In this document: positions 1 to 8,931 of the stretch, piece after piece | How the letters are laid out: every line of letters starts with the position of its first letter | Numbering within the stretch: position 1 is the stretch's first letter | The notes under the pieces: generated by a model | What the model saw: only the letters and a program-made list of their open reading frames with translations | Told to the model about the DNA's origin: nothing | The model's database searches: none | Position numbers and translations under genes: made by a program | NCBI GenBank assembly: GCA_937892015.1 | Contig: CALAUY010000049.1 | Location: 1 to 44,754, forward strand | Direction of reading: 5' to 3' | Length of the DNA: 44,754 nt | DNA from: an uncultured Bacteroidales bacterium | GTDB taxonomy: Bacteria > Bacteroidota > Bacteroidia > Bacteroidales > Paludibacteraceae

Positions 1-44
1 GAACCCATCGGTTTCCTCCGTGGGAACCACCCTTTTACCCCATT

Positions 45-110
45 CGGACTACTCATTAGACCCACCCTGACTACTCATTAGCCCCATCCTGACTACTCAT
101 TAGCCCCATC
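45..110. repeat. 22-bp tandem repeat, 3 copies
   Basis: Read directly: CGGACTACTCATTAGACCCACC (45-66), CTGACTACTCATTAGCCCCATC (67-88) and an identical copy at 89-110. Confidence 0.9.
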
Positions 111-172
111 TTAGCATGGCAAGAAGATCAAGGAAGGTATTTACATCCGTGGGATTTTTTATTCAACAAAAG

Positions 173-204
173 TTTGGTAGTTCCGATTATAATGTGTACC
201 TTTG
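173..204 (+). promoter_or_regulatory. Bacteroidota-type promoter (-33 TTTG / -7 TAnnTTTG) for the GH97 gene
   Basis: TTTG at 173-176 and TACCTTTG at 197-204 with a 20-bp spacer, about 43 bp upstream of the ATG at 247. This matches the known Bacteroides sigma-ABfr consensus layout. Confidence 0.5.
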
Positions 205-246
205 ACACCATCAAATAATTAAGCAACCAAAACAACAGGTTAAACT

Positions 247-2187
247 ATGCGAACAAAACTACTATTACTATTGGCATGCTGCCCGCTGCTGATGATGGCA
301 GAGAGCAAGCTTGTGAGCTCACCTGACGGCAAGATGGTCGTGGAGGTGAAGGTGGAGAACGGAAAAGCCATGTACGCGGTGACGTACGACGGAGTGGAGA
401 TGCTGCAACCCTCACGGCTGGGTCTTAAATCGAACTTCGGCGACTTCACGGAGGCGCTCTCCTACGTGTCGGACAAGGAGGACGTGGTGGAGAAGCAATT
501 CGACATCACACGCACCAAGACATCGCATGTCGACTTCAAGGCAAACCGTCTGGACATGACGATAAAGAACGCCCACGGACAGCAGATGGTGGTGACGTTC
601 CTCGTTGCCGACCATGACATCGCCTTCCAATACACCGTGCTTCGCCAATGGCGCAACGAGACGAGGAGCATCGTCATCGAGGAGGAGAAGACCGCTTTCC
701 GACTGCCTGACGAGACAACGGCATTCCTCTCCCCACAGAGTGACGCCATGATCGGTTTCGCACAGACGAAACCCAGTTACGAGGAGGTGTACTCCGCTGA
801 CGCTCCCATGACGCAGCCATCACAATACGGTCATGGCTTTGTGTTCCCTGCCCTCTTCCACGTAGGCAACAAAGGCTGGGTCCTCATCAGTGAGACAGGT
901 GTGACATCAGCATACGTAGGCTCGCACCTCAGCGACTTCGATGAGGTCAACGGCTATACCATCGCCTACCCTATGAAGGAGGAGAACAACGGTATCGGCT
1001 CCACCTCAGCAAGTATCGCACTGCCGGCAAGTACCCCTTGGCGCACCATCACCATCGGCAAGACCCTCAAGCCCATCGTCGAGACCACGATCGCCTTCGC
1101 TCCGCTGGAACCGCTTTACGAGCCTTCTGAGGACTATAAGCCGGGACGCTATACATGGAGCTGGCTGATCTGGCAGGACGAGAGCTGCAACTACGACGAC
1201 CAGGTGACGTTCATCGACCTTGCCGCCAAGATGGGATATGAGTATTGTCTGGTGGATGCCTGGTGGGACACGAATATCGGACGCGAGAAGATCGCTGAGT
1301 TGTCGAAGTACGCCCAGTCGAAGGGTGTCCATCTGCTGCTGTGGTATAACTCCAACGGTCATGCCAACAATGCGCCACAGGGTCCTTTCAACTGCATGAA
1401 CACGAATATCGCCCGTGAGCGGGAGATGGCATGGATGAAGAGTATCGGTATCAAGGGTATCAAGGTGGACTTCTTCGGAGGTGACAAGCAACAGACTCTC
1501 CAGCTCTATGAGGATATCCTCAGCGACGCCAACAAATACGGTCTGCAATGTATCTTCCATGGCTGTACCCTCCCCCGCGGATGGGAGCGGCTGTATCCTA
1601 ACTACGTGGCAAGTGAGGCTGTACTCGCCTCAGAGAATGTGTTCTTCGACCCGAATGCAGCTAACCGTGAGCCCTTCGACCTCACGTTGCACCCCTTCTG
1701 TCGTAATGCCGTCGGCTCGATGGACTGGGGTGGCACCATCATGAACCGTTTTATGAGCAAGGACAACAAGAGTCGTCATCGTCGCAAGACCACGGATGTG
1801 TTTGAGATCGCCTGTGCGATCACTGTCCAGACCTCTATTCAGTGTATGGCGGTACAACCCAACAACCTGAAGGAACTGCCCAAGGCTGAGCTTGATATCC
1901 TCAAGTCGCTGCCCACCACATGGGACGAGACTCGCTTCATCGACGGCTATCCCGGCAAGTATGTCGTCCTCGCCCGTCGTCATGGCAACCAATGGTATAT
2001 CGCAGGACTGAACGGGGAGAGTAAGTTGAGGAATCTGACCCTCCAGTTGCCGATGCTGAAAGGAAAGACGGTCAACTACTATTCCGACAATATCAAGGGC
2101 TATGCGGAACTCAGACAACTGAAAGTCGACAAGAAAGGACAAGCGAAAGTGGTGATGCAACCCAATGGGGGTGTCATCCTGAAATAA
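247..2187 (+). CDS. glycoside hydrolase family 97 (SusB-like alpha-glucosidase/alpha-galactosidase type), secreted
   Basis: 646-aa ORF with ATG start and signal peptide MRTKLLLLLACCPLLMMAES. The N-terminal block SSPDGKMVVEVKV..GKAMYAVTYDG....PSRLGL and the overall length are typical of GH97. Substrate specificity cannot be told from the sequence alone. Confidence 0.8.
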   Translation: MRTKLLLLLACCPLLMMAESKLVSSPDGKMVVEVKVENGKAMYAVTYDGVEMLQPSRLGLKSNFGDFTEALSYVSDKEDVVEKQFDITRTKTSHVDFKANRLDMTIKNAHGQQMVVTFLVADHDIAFQYTVLRQWRNETRSIVIEEEKTAFRLPDETTAFLSPQSDAMIGFAQTKPSYEEVYSADAPMTQPSQYGHGFVFPALFHVGNKGWVLISETGVTSAYVGSHLSDFDEVNGYTIAYPMKEENNGIGSTSASIALPASTPWRTITIGKTLKPIVETTIAFAPLEPLYEPSEDYKPGRYTWSWLIWQDESCNYDDQVTFIDLAAKMGYEYCLVDAWWDTNIGREKIAELSKYAQSKGVHLLLWYNSNGHANNAPQGPFNCMNTNIAREREMAWMKSIGIKGIKVDFFGGDKQQTLQLYEDILSDANKYGLQCIFHGCTLPRGWERLYPNYVASEAVLASENVFFDPNAANREPFDLTLHPFCRNAVGSMDWGGTIMNRFMSKDNKSRHRRKTTDVFEIACAITVQTSIQCMAVQPNNLKELPKAELDILKSLPTTWDETRFIDGYPGKYVVLARRHGNQWYIAGLNGESKLRNLTLQLPMLKGKTVNYYSDNIKGYAELRQLKVDKKGQAKVVMQPNGGVILK

Positions 2188-2190
2188 CAA

Positions 2191-2219
2191 AGAAAGGACG
2201 GCATCTCACCGTCCTTTCT
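2191..2219. terminator. bidirectional rho-independent terminator between the convergent GH97 and dnaA genes
   Basis: Hairpin AGAAAGGACGG-catctca-CCGTCCTTTCT. T-rich tracts follow it on both strands. Confidence 0.7.
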
Positions 2220-2233
2220 TCTTACATTACTCA

Positions 2234-3643
2234 CTATTGTTTTAATTTAAAAGAATTCTCAATACTGCTCAACTCCGCGGAGAACGACTTGTCGACCTTC
2301 AGTCGCTGCTCGATGGTGGAGCAACTGTGTATCACTGTCGAGTGGTCACGACCTCCTATCAGCTGTCCGATACGTGAGGCTGGCATCTTCGTGTACTTCT
2401 GAGCCAGATACATAGACACCTGACGCACGATGACGTAGTCACGCTTACGGGACTTGCTGAACACATTCTGCTGGGACACGTTATAGTGTTCACAGACACG
2501 CTCCAGGATATCGTCAACGGTCAGCGGTTTGTTATCCACCTTCACGGCACGCTTGATGACACGCTCGGCAAGACGCATATCCACATGACTGTTATAAACG
2601 ATCGAGTAAGCCATCAGGGAGTTCACCACACCCTCCAGGTCACGGACAGAGCCGTTGGCGGTCTCAGCGATAAACAGGATGACATCCTCCGGAATCCGCA
2701 ATCCGTCACGCTTACACTTCGCATGCAGGATATCCACACACAACTGAACGTTGGGTTTCTCCAACTCAGCAATCAGTCCACAGGCGAAACGTGTCAGCAG
2801 ACGGTCTTTCATACCCTGCAGGTCCACTGGGGGACGGTCGCTGGCAAGGATGATCTGCTTACCGTTACGGAACAAATGGTTGAAGATATGGAAGAAGGTG
2901 TCCAGCGTCTTGGGTGCTGTCGCCCACTCCTGGATATCATCGACTATCAGAACATCGATGGTCTGATAGAAATGGATAAAGTCATTGACGGTATTCTGAC
3001 GAGTGGCATCGGAGTACTGCACCTGGAAGAGACGAGCCGACACATACAGCACACGCTTCTGCGGGTACATCTCCTTGCACTTCACACCTATCGCGTTAAT
3101 CAGGTGTGTCTTACCACAACCAGAGGGTCCAAACACGAAGAAGGGATTGAACGTCGACTTACCCGGATGCTCCGCAATGGAGAGTCCTACGGTACGTGGG
3201 AGCTTATTGCTATCGCCCTCGATGAAGGTCTGGAAAGTCTTGTGGACATCCAACTGGGGATTCAGGTCCTGCGGGACAGCTGCATCCAGGGTCGTTGGTG
3301 CTTTGTTACCACGAGTGGTCGCTTGCGGACGCTCGATATTGACAGGCTCGCTACCCTCTTCCTCCACCGTCAGCTTATGTGCCTTGTCCACTACGATGCG
3401 ATAGTTCAGCTGGATACTCTTGCCAAAGCAACGGCATAACACCTTACTTAATAAAGTCACATAGTATTGCTCCAAATACTCATACACGTAGCGGCTGGGC
3501 ACCTGTATGAGAAGCGTCTGCTTTTCCTCATCGTATTTCTCGAATACGATGGGCGCAAACCATGTTTTATATTGCTGCTCTGTGACGTTCTCCCTGATGA
3601 GATGAAGGCAGTCGCCCCAAAGCGCCTTTGGAGCTTTTTCCAT
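2234..3643 (-). CDS. dnaA: chromosomal replication initiator protein DnaA
   Basis: 469 aa. Walker A GPSGCGKTHL, Walker B LIVDDIQ, sensor motif VRDLEG, and a C-terminal DnaA-box-binding HTH (RKRDYVIVRQVSMYLAQKYT...IGQLIGGRDHSTVIHS). Confidence 0.95.
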   Translation of the reverse strand: MEKAPKALWGDCLHLIRENVTEQQYKTWFAPIVFEKYDEEKQTLLIQVPSRYVYEYLEQYYVTLLSKVLCRCFGKSIQLNYRIVVDKAHKLTVEEEGSEPVNIERPQATTRGNKAPTTLDAAVPQDLNPQLDVHKTFQTFIEGDSNKLPRTVGLSIAEHPGKSTFNPFFVFGPSGCGKTHLINAIGVKCKEMYPQKRVLYVSARLFQVQYSDATRQNTVNDFIHFYQTIDVLIVDDIQEWATAPKTLDTFFHIFNHLFRNGKQIILASDRPPVDLQGMKDRLLTRFACGLIAELEKPNVQLCVDILHAKCKRDGLRIPEDVILFIAETANGSVRDLEGVVNSLMAYSIVYNSHVDMRLAERVIKRAVKVDNKPLTVDDILERVCEHYNVSQQNVFSKSRKRDYVIVRQVSMYLAQKYTKMPASRIGQLIGGRDHSTVIHSCSTIEQRLKVDKSFSAELSSIENSFKLKQ

Positions 3644-3872
3644 GCGGCGTTATACTTATTTATTAATAAAACTAACCTTGATAAGGAATATAGTTTTCGT
3701 TTTCGAATGCAAAGTTCGTACTTTTTTTTGAGATATGCAAATCCGTATTTATTCACAAAAATTATCCAACCTCTCATAACTTACTAATTTATGGGAGTTT
3801 AGGACTCCTTTGCAATAATTTAAGACTTTTCGCCCTTGCAGAATTACAAGTTTCTGCATTTCAATCACTTAG

Positions 3873-3904
3873 CAAAAACCGCACACAGAACTATCCGTGT
3901 GCGG
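3873..3904 (-). terminator. rho-independent terminator downstream of the MlaD-like gene
   Basis: Stem CCGCACAC (3879-3886) pairs with GTGTGCGG (3897-3904) around a 10-nt loop. The A-run at 3874-3878 is a T-run on the - strand, downstream of the stop at 4019. Confidence 0.7.
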
Positions 3905-4018
3905 TCTTATTATTCTCAGTACTCCGAACTATGTTAATATCAAGCAGTTCCGAAGCCTTCGTTGAAACTTGTTGACTACTCCTTTCCTATTTAGACAAAA
4001 TAAAAATTACACACTTTT

Positions 4019-4918
4019 TTACTTGTCTTTTTTGCCGAAAACGGAGAAGTGTACGTAGCGTTTTGGATGTGCCTTCAAATCTTTCACCAATGAGTCTGCG
4101 TCAGCGGCAGTAGCACTCAGATTACGATAGAGGCTGGCATCACGCATCAGCAAGCCCAAAGTACCCTCGTTGCTATTGAGTTTACGGGTCATCTCCTCCA
4201 CATTGGCAAGGGTCTGGTTCACCTTTGCCGTCATCGATGCCACATCGACAGCAGAGAGGTTAGCTGTCAGCTGCTGGGTGTTATCCAGTACACCATCAGC
4301 CTTTTTCATCATCGACGGTACCTCGTTACCCAGACTTGCAGAGAGTCTGCGCAGGTCGACACTCGTCTGGTTCAGGTTTGCCGTCATGCCCTCCACGTTA
4401 TGGAGAGTATTACGGAGTGCCGGGTCAGCCAGCAACTGGTTCAGACTGGTCAGGATAGAGTCCAACTTCGGCATCATCGACTCAACGGCAGGAACTAACT
4501 CCGCCGCCTTACCCATCATGCCCTGTTCTATCATGCCGGGGATGGTGTCACCCACTGAGAGGAACTTCAAGGGATTATCTGACAACACCAGGTTAATCTT
4601 GATATTGCCAAGAAGGTCACTGGAAAGTTCAGCATGAGAGCCTACGGGGATGCGCATCGCCTTGTCAACACCAATCTTCGCCACGATCTTCTTTGTATTC
4701 TCGTAGTCATAGACGATCTTCTCTACAACTCCAACCTTATAACCGTTGGCATAGACAGGTGAGGAATTAGACATACCACTGACATCCTCAAAGGCAAGAC
4801 AATAGGTATTGCTTGAGGAGAAAATACTTAACCCCTTCAGGAAATTCAAGCCGAAATAAAGCACGATTAACGCCACTATTGCCACTAAGGCTATCTGTAT
4901 CTCTTTCGTAAATTTCAT
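4019..4918 (-). CDS. MlaD/MCE family protein (outer-membrane lipid transport component)
   Basis: N-terminal TM helix IALVAIVALIVLYFGLNFL, MlaD-fold block VSGMSNSSPVYANGYKVGVVEKI, and a long helical C-terminus. The ORF-track start at 4960 is a GTG overlapping the upstream gene, so the first ATG (4918) is preferred. Confidence 0.75.
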   Translation of the reverse strand: MKFTKEIQIALVAIVALIVLYFGLNFLKGLSIFSSSNTYCLAFEDVSGMSNSSPVYANGYKVGVVEKIVYDYENTKKIVAKIGVDKAMRIPVGSHAELSSDLLGNIKINLVLSDNPLKFLSVGDTIPGMIEQGMMGKAAELVPAVESMMPKLDSILTSLNQLLADPALRNTLHNVEGMTANLNQTSVDLRRLSASLGNEVPSMMKKADGVLDNTQQLTANLSAVDVASMTAKVNQTLANVEEMTRKLNSNEGTLGLLMRDASLYRNLSATAADADSLVKDLKAHPKRYVHFSVFGKKDK

Positions 4919-4925
4919 ATCTTCT

Positions 4926-6158
4926 TTACTCTTTTGTTTTCTTTTTAGCTCTGAACTCACGGATTGCCGAACGGGTATCTACTTTCTGTGTACCTTTAAA
5001 GGCTATGACAAAAGCCTCAGGGAAGTTACCCACCAGACGCTCACGTACATTGGCGATCTCGTCATAATCCTCTGACTCGCCAACCGTATATTTATAAAAA
5101 CCACCTTCCTCAAAATATTTCGCCTCCAGTCCGTCCAGTTTCGACTTACTGATTCTCTGACGGGAGGTACTTGCCATAATCTGAACCTTGAAGACCAGCG
5201 TGGAGTCTTGGGACTGCGCCTGCGCTTGTTCTTCCTTGACAACCTCCACCTTCACTGGGGGGGCAGCAGGCTCTTTCTGCACCTTTACAGGAACTGTCGT
5301 CTTCACCGTCTGCGGTTGTTCGTCCTTTGGGACGACAGAGGGTATATTGATGTCTTCCTTCTGCTCTGCCTGATAAGGGACGGTGATGCGACCGTCAAAC
5401 TTCCGCTTATAGTCAAGGAACGCTTTGTAGATACCATACCCCAAGCGGTCAATACCGTCCTTGCTGTTCAGGAACTGCTCCTCGTCAGGGGTTGTGATGA
5501 AACCTAGCTCTATCAGACAACTGGGCATGGAGGTCTCACGCAGCACCAGGAAACCAGCCTGCTTCACCCCTTTGTTCTGGCGGTTTGCCGACGAGCAAGC
5601 ATGTTTCTGTACGAACTTGGCTAACTCCACACTCTGTGCCATGTTCTTATCCTGCATGAACTCAAACATGATATAACTCTCGCTGGAGTTGGGGTCGAAG
5701 CCTTCATAACGCTGCTTATAGTCTTTCTCTATCAGAATAACGGAGTTCTCTCGCTTTGCCACTTCCAGATTGGTACCGGCACGGTGCATTCCTAATGTGT
5801 AGGTCTCCAGTCCCCTGATGGTCTTACCCCGAGGTACCGCATTGGTATGCACGGAGATAAACAGGTCTGCTTTGTTCCTATTGGCGATGTCAGCACGGGT
5901 ATGCAGGGGGATGAACACATCTGTCTTACGGGTATAGATGACTTTCACGTCTGGACAATTATTCTCCACATAAAGTCCGAAAGCAAGAGCAACGTTCAGG
6001 TTGATGCTCTTCTCTTTGGAGAAAGCTCCCAAAGCACCTGCGTCATGTCCGCCATGACCCGGGTCAATGACCAGCGTGAACTTCTTGTTTGCAGCCATTG
6101 AGACAACTGCAAACAGCATCGTTACCCATATTAAAACTAATATCCTATTCTTCTTCAT
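4926..6158 (-). CDS. N-acetylmuramoyl-L-alanine amidase (Amidase_3, AmiC-like) with C-terminal SPOR domain
   Basis: Motifs LVIDPGHGGHDAGA, DLFISVHTNA and ETSMPSCLIELGFITTPDEE. A Pro/Lys/Val/Gln-rich linker follows, then a SPOR-like end (FKVQIMASTS...GGFYKYTVGESEDYDEI). Confidence 0.85.
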   Translation of the reverse strand: MKKNRILVLIWVTMLFAVVSMAANKKFTLVIDPGHGGHDAGALGAFSKEKSINLNVALAFGLYVENNCPDVKVIYTRKTDVFIPLHTRADIANRNKADLFISVHTNAVPRGKTIRGLETYTLGMHRAGTNLEVAKRENSVILIEKDYKQRYEGFDPNSSESYIMFEFMQDKNMAQSVELAKFVQKHACSSANRQNKGVKQAGFLVLRETSMPSCLIELGFITTPDEEQFLNSKDGIDRLGYGIYKAFLDYKRKFDGRITVPYQAEQKEDINIPSVVPKDEQPQTVKTTVPVKVQKEPAAPPVKVEVVKEEQAQAQSQDSTLVFKVQIMASTSRQRISKSKLDGLEAKYFEEGGFYKYTVGESEDYDEIANVRERLVGNFPEAFVIAFKGTQKVDTRSAIREFRAKKKTKE

Positions 6159-6206
6159 TTCTTTTCAGGGTGCAAAAATACGCATTTTCCACGTAAAAAG
6201 CCTTCG

Positions 6207-6590
6207 TTACTCTTGAGTTTTATCATTTATTAAATGTAACTCCACACCAGCTCCCTTACTGTAAGCCCCCATCGGAGGGTTTTGCTTCGTCAGTTCGAGG
6301 TCGATACTCACGACATCAGGAAACTGTCTGAGAATCGCATTGGCGACACGTCCTGCCACATGCTCCAAGAGTGCCGACGGCTTCTCCATCTCCACTTGGA
6401 CGACACGATAGACTTCCGCATAGTTGAGGGTATCCCTCACGTCATCTGACTGCATCGCCCTCGTAAGGTCATACCCCAAACGAAGGGTGATGAGAAAGTC
6501 TGCCCCTACCTTTCTCTCCTGAGGCATCACCCCATGGAAAGCATGGAAACGGACTTCCTTCAACACGATATACCCTGACTCAACCTGCAT
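6207..6590 (-). CDS. folB: dihydroneopterin aldolase
   Basis: 127 aa from the ATG at 6590; the track start at 6626 is a GTG extension. FolB-like blocks VRFHAFHGVMPQERKVGADFLITLRL and LNYAEVY. Confidence 0.85.
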   Translation of the reverse strand: MQVESGYIVLKEVRFHAFHGVMPQERKVGADFLITLRLGYDLTRAMQSDDVRDTLNYAEVYRVVQVEMEKPSALLEHVAGRVANAILRQFPDVVSIDLELTKQNPPMGAYSKGAGVELHLINDKTQE

Positions 6591-6597
6591 CACCTCT

Positions 6598-7119
6598 CTA
6601 TTCTTGTGATTCCTCCTGTTCGTCACTGCTGCCTGGCAAGTATTTCTTCAAGGCTCGCTCTACACCCACCTTCCAGGTGTTGATGCTCTCGTCTTTCAGT
6701 GACAACGATGCCACCAGACGGATGACATGCTCCAAAGGCATCCGATAACGCAACACACCAGAGATCAGCTTGGCATAGTTCCAATACTCGGGGTTGAACT
6801 TCTCGGAGAGTCCCTCTACCGTCGTCTTATAACCTCTTTTGTTCTCAAACTGGAAGTCATAACGCTTGGTACCGTCGGGATTCACCTGCTTGATAATCTT
6901 CCCATGTGTAACGGTCTTGGGTAATACGATACCCTCCTCGTCGTCCTGTAAACCGGTGAATATCTCATAGGGATAACCGTTGAGCAAGCCCACGAAAGCC
7001 ACCCATTTCTCCTTGTTGTTCTGGAAACGTACCACATCGCACTCTAATACCTGAGGACGTACCTCCACCACTTCTTGGCGTTGGTCCTGTAATGTCTCTT
7101 TCCTGTTATTTCCTTCCAT
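6598..7119 (-). CDS. stand-alone protein resembling the C-terminal region of adenosylcobalamin-dependent (class II) ribonucleotide reductase
   Basis: 173 aa from the ATG at 7119 (MEGNN...). RPQVLECDVVRFQNNKEKWVAFVGLLNGYPYEIFTG and the C-terminal ...INTWKVGVERALKKYLP resemble, from memory, the RP..L...v....ge.w.v.vGl..g.PyEvF ... R.LKkY layout at the end of NrdJ-type enzymes. No catalytic domain is present. Confidence 0.45.
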   Translation of the reverse strand: MEGNNRKETLQDQRQEVVEVRPQVLECDVVRFQNNKEKWVAFVGLLNGYPYEIFTGLQDDEEGIVLPKTVTHGKIIKQVNPDGTKRYDFQFENKRGYKTTVEGLSEKFNPEYWNYAKLISGVLRYRMPLEHVIRLVASLSLKDESINTWKVGVERALKKYLPGSSDEQEESQE

Positions 7120-7138
7120 ATCTTGATTAATTTGTTTG

Positions 7139-7146
7139 CAAAGATA
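7139..7146 (-). promoter_or_regulatory. -7 box (TATCTTTG = TAnnTTTG) for the RNR-C-like/folB/amidase/mlaD gene string
   Basis: The - strand reads TATCTTTG about 20 bp upstream of the ATG at 7119. No clean -33 TTTG was found. Confidence 0.35.
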
Positions 7147-7231
7147 CATAAAGTTTTCTTTTTAGACAACATTTTCCGAGAAAACCGCTCGAAAGTTCTC
7201 CATTTTGGGAAAGATTATGTATTTTTGCAGC

Positions 7232-7990
7232 ATGAAGAATCTATCAACACGGCGAACAATTCGCCAATACAGCAACAAAGAAGTGAGCCAAGAGCTCCTT
7301 AACCGTCTCTTGTCAGAGGCAAGTCGTACACAAACCATGGGCAACCTCCAGCTATATAGTGTGGTGGTCACTCGCTCGGAGGAGATGAAACAGAGACTGG
7401 CACCTGCCCACTTCAACCAGCCGATGGTGACACAGGCTCCTGTCATCCTGACGATATGCGCTGATTTCAACCGCACCTCCACATGGGCTCATTGCAGGAA
7501 AGCAGAACCAGGTTATGACAACTTCCTCAGTTTTATCAATGCGGCAACGGATGCGTTGCTCTATACCCAGACACTCTGTAATCTGATGGACGAGGAGGGA
7601 CTGGGGTATTGTTACCTGGGGACTACGGTCTATATGCCCCAGCAGATTATCGATATCCTTGAACTGCCCCGACTCACCATGCCAGTGGCAACGCTGACGG
7701 TAGGATGGCCCGCTGAGGAGCCTGCACAGAGTGACCGTCTGCCGCTGGAGAGTTTTATCCATGAGGAGACGTACACCGACTATCTGGCAATGGACATCGA
7801 CAAATACTACGAAGCGAAAGAACACCGTCCGGAGAACCTGGAGTTTGTCCGTATCAACAATAAAGAGACCCTCGCTCAGATCTTCACCGACATCCGTTAT
7901 ACACGGAAGGATAATGAAGCTATGAGCGAGGGACTTATCGACACCCTCAAGCGGCAAGGTTTTCTGCCTTGGACGGTCAGAGGGTATTAG
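7232..7990 (+). CDS. nitroreductase family protein (NAD(P)H-dependent oxidoreductase)
   Basis: MKNLSTRRTIRQYSNKEVSQELLNRLLSEASRTQTMGNLQ...APVILTICADF is a typical nitroreductase N-terminus. The track start at 7205 is TTG; ATGs occur at 7217 and 7232. TATTTTTG (7220-7227) may be a -7 box, which would imply a near-leaderless mRNA. Confidence 0.8.
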   Translation: MKNLSTRRTIRQYSNKEVSQELLNRLLSEASRTQTMGNLQLYSVVVTRSEEMKQRLAPAHFNQPMVTQAPVILTICADFNRTSTWAHCRKAEPGYDNFLSFINAATDALLYTQTLCNLMDEEGLGYCYLGTTVYMPQQIIDILELPRLTMPVATLTVGWPAEEPAQSDRLPLESFIHEETYTDYLAMDIDKYYEAKEHRPENLEFVRINNKETLAQIFTDIRYTRKDNEAMSEGLIDTLKRQGFLPWTVRGY

Positions 7991-8012
7991 TCTGGGGATA
8001 TATAGTCATATG

Positions 8013-8052
8013 AAGTAGCCTTCCCTTTTCTGGAGAAGGCTACTTTCTTTTT
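8013..8052 (+). terminator. rho-independent terminator after the nitroreductase gene
   Basis: AAGTAGCCTTC (8013-8023) pairs with GAAGGCTACTT (8035-8045) and is followed by TCTTTTTTT. Confidence 0.75.
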
Positions 8053-8925
8053 TTACTCAACAATGATGGGCTTGTACTTTGGAACAAGTGCCTTCATGAT
8101 ACACCAACCAATCAGGTAGGCAACGGCACAGATGCAGAACACGACCATGTAGGCGGCTGGCTTTCCCTCGAAACCGAAGAAGGTGAAAGCAGAGCCCTGA
8201 CCAGCAGCCCAGTCGAAGAATTTACCGCTACCGAGGTTGATACTCATAGAGCCCAGTCCACCAGCCATCGTTCCTAAACCGACGATGGTACCAATGGTAG
8301 ACTTGGGGAACATGTCACCGATGGTGGAGAACAGGTTTGCCGACCAAGCCTGATGACCTGCGCCGAGCAGACCGATCAGGATAGCGGGCCACCATGCGCT
8401 GTAGGCTCCCAGAGGCTGTGCGAAAAGTCCAAGCACGGGGAAACAAGCGAAGATGAACATGGCACGCATACGACCCAGATAGGGGTTCATGCCTTTCTTG
8501 TCTACGAAATAGGTGGGCAGATAACCACCACCGATGGAGAGGATGGTCACAATGGCATAGAGGGTGAAGATCAACGCGATACCCATGGTGGAGTCTGAGG
8601 TGTAGCCATACTGGTCTGAGAAGTAGGCTGGAGCCCAGAACAGGAAGAACCACCATACACCATCCGTCATGAACTTACCAACGAGGAACGACCATGTCTG
8701 TTTGTAGGTGAAGCACTGCAAGAACGGGATGGTCTTCTCTTCCTTCACATTCTCACGATCCTGAGCCTCTGCGATATCATTGTCTTGCTCGATATAGTTC
8801 AGCTCTGCCTGATTGACACGCTTGTTCTGTGCGGGCTTCTCATAGAGCCACATCCACAGTCCCATCCAAATGAAACCGAGGGCACCGATGATGATGAATG
8901 CCATCTCCCAACCCCCGGCACGTGC
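8053..8925 (-). pseudogene. MFS transporter (hexuronate/ExuT-like), 5'-truncated; only about the C-terminal 6-TM half remains
   Basis: Family-like sequence starts near ...GGWEMAFIIIGALGFIWMGLWMWLYEKPAQ, the central-loop region of ExuT-type MFS proteins, and runs to the stop at 8053. The ~60 codons upstream in the ORF (to 9111) are antisense read-through of the susD fragment. Confidence 0.7.
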
Positions 8926-8931
8926 CAACAG

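Noticed and set aside
4919-7231. N-terminal extensions given by the ORF track: 4960 GTG, 6626 GTG, 7149 ATG, 7205 TTG. The same applies to 10900 and 30368 elsewhere in the window.
   Set aside because: The extensions overlap upstream genes or precede a -7 promoter box, and they add non-homologous residues. Downstream ATG or GTG starts give canonical N-termini (a TM helix, a lipoprotein signal, or a family-typical start).
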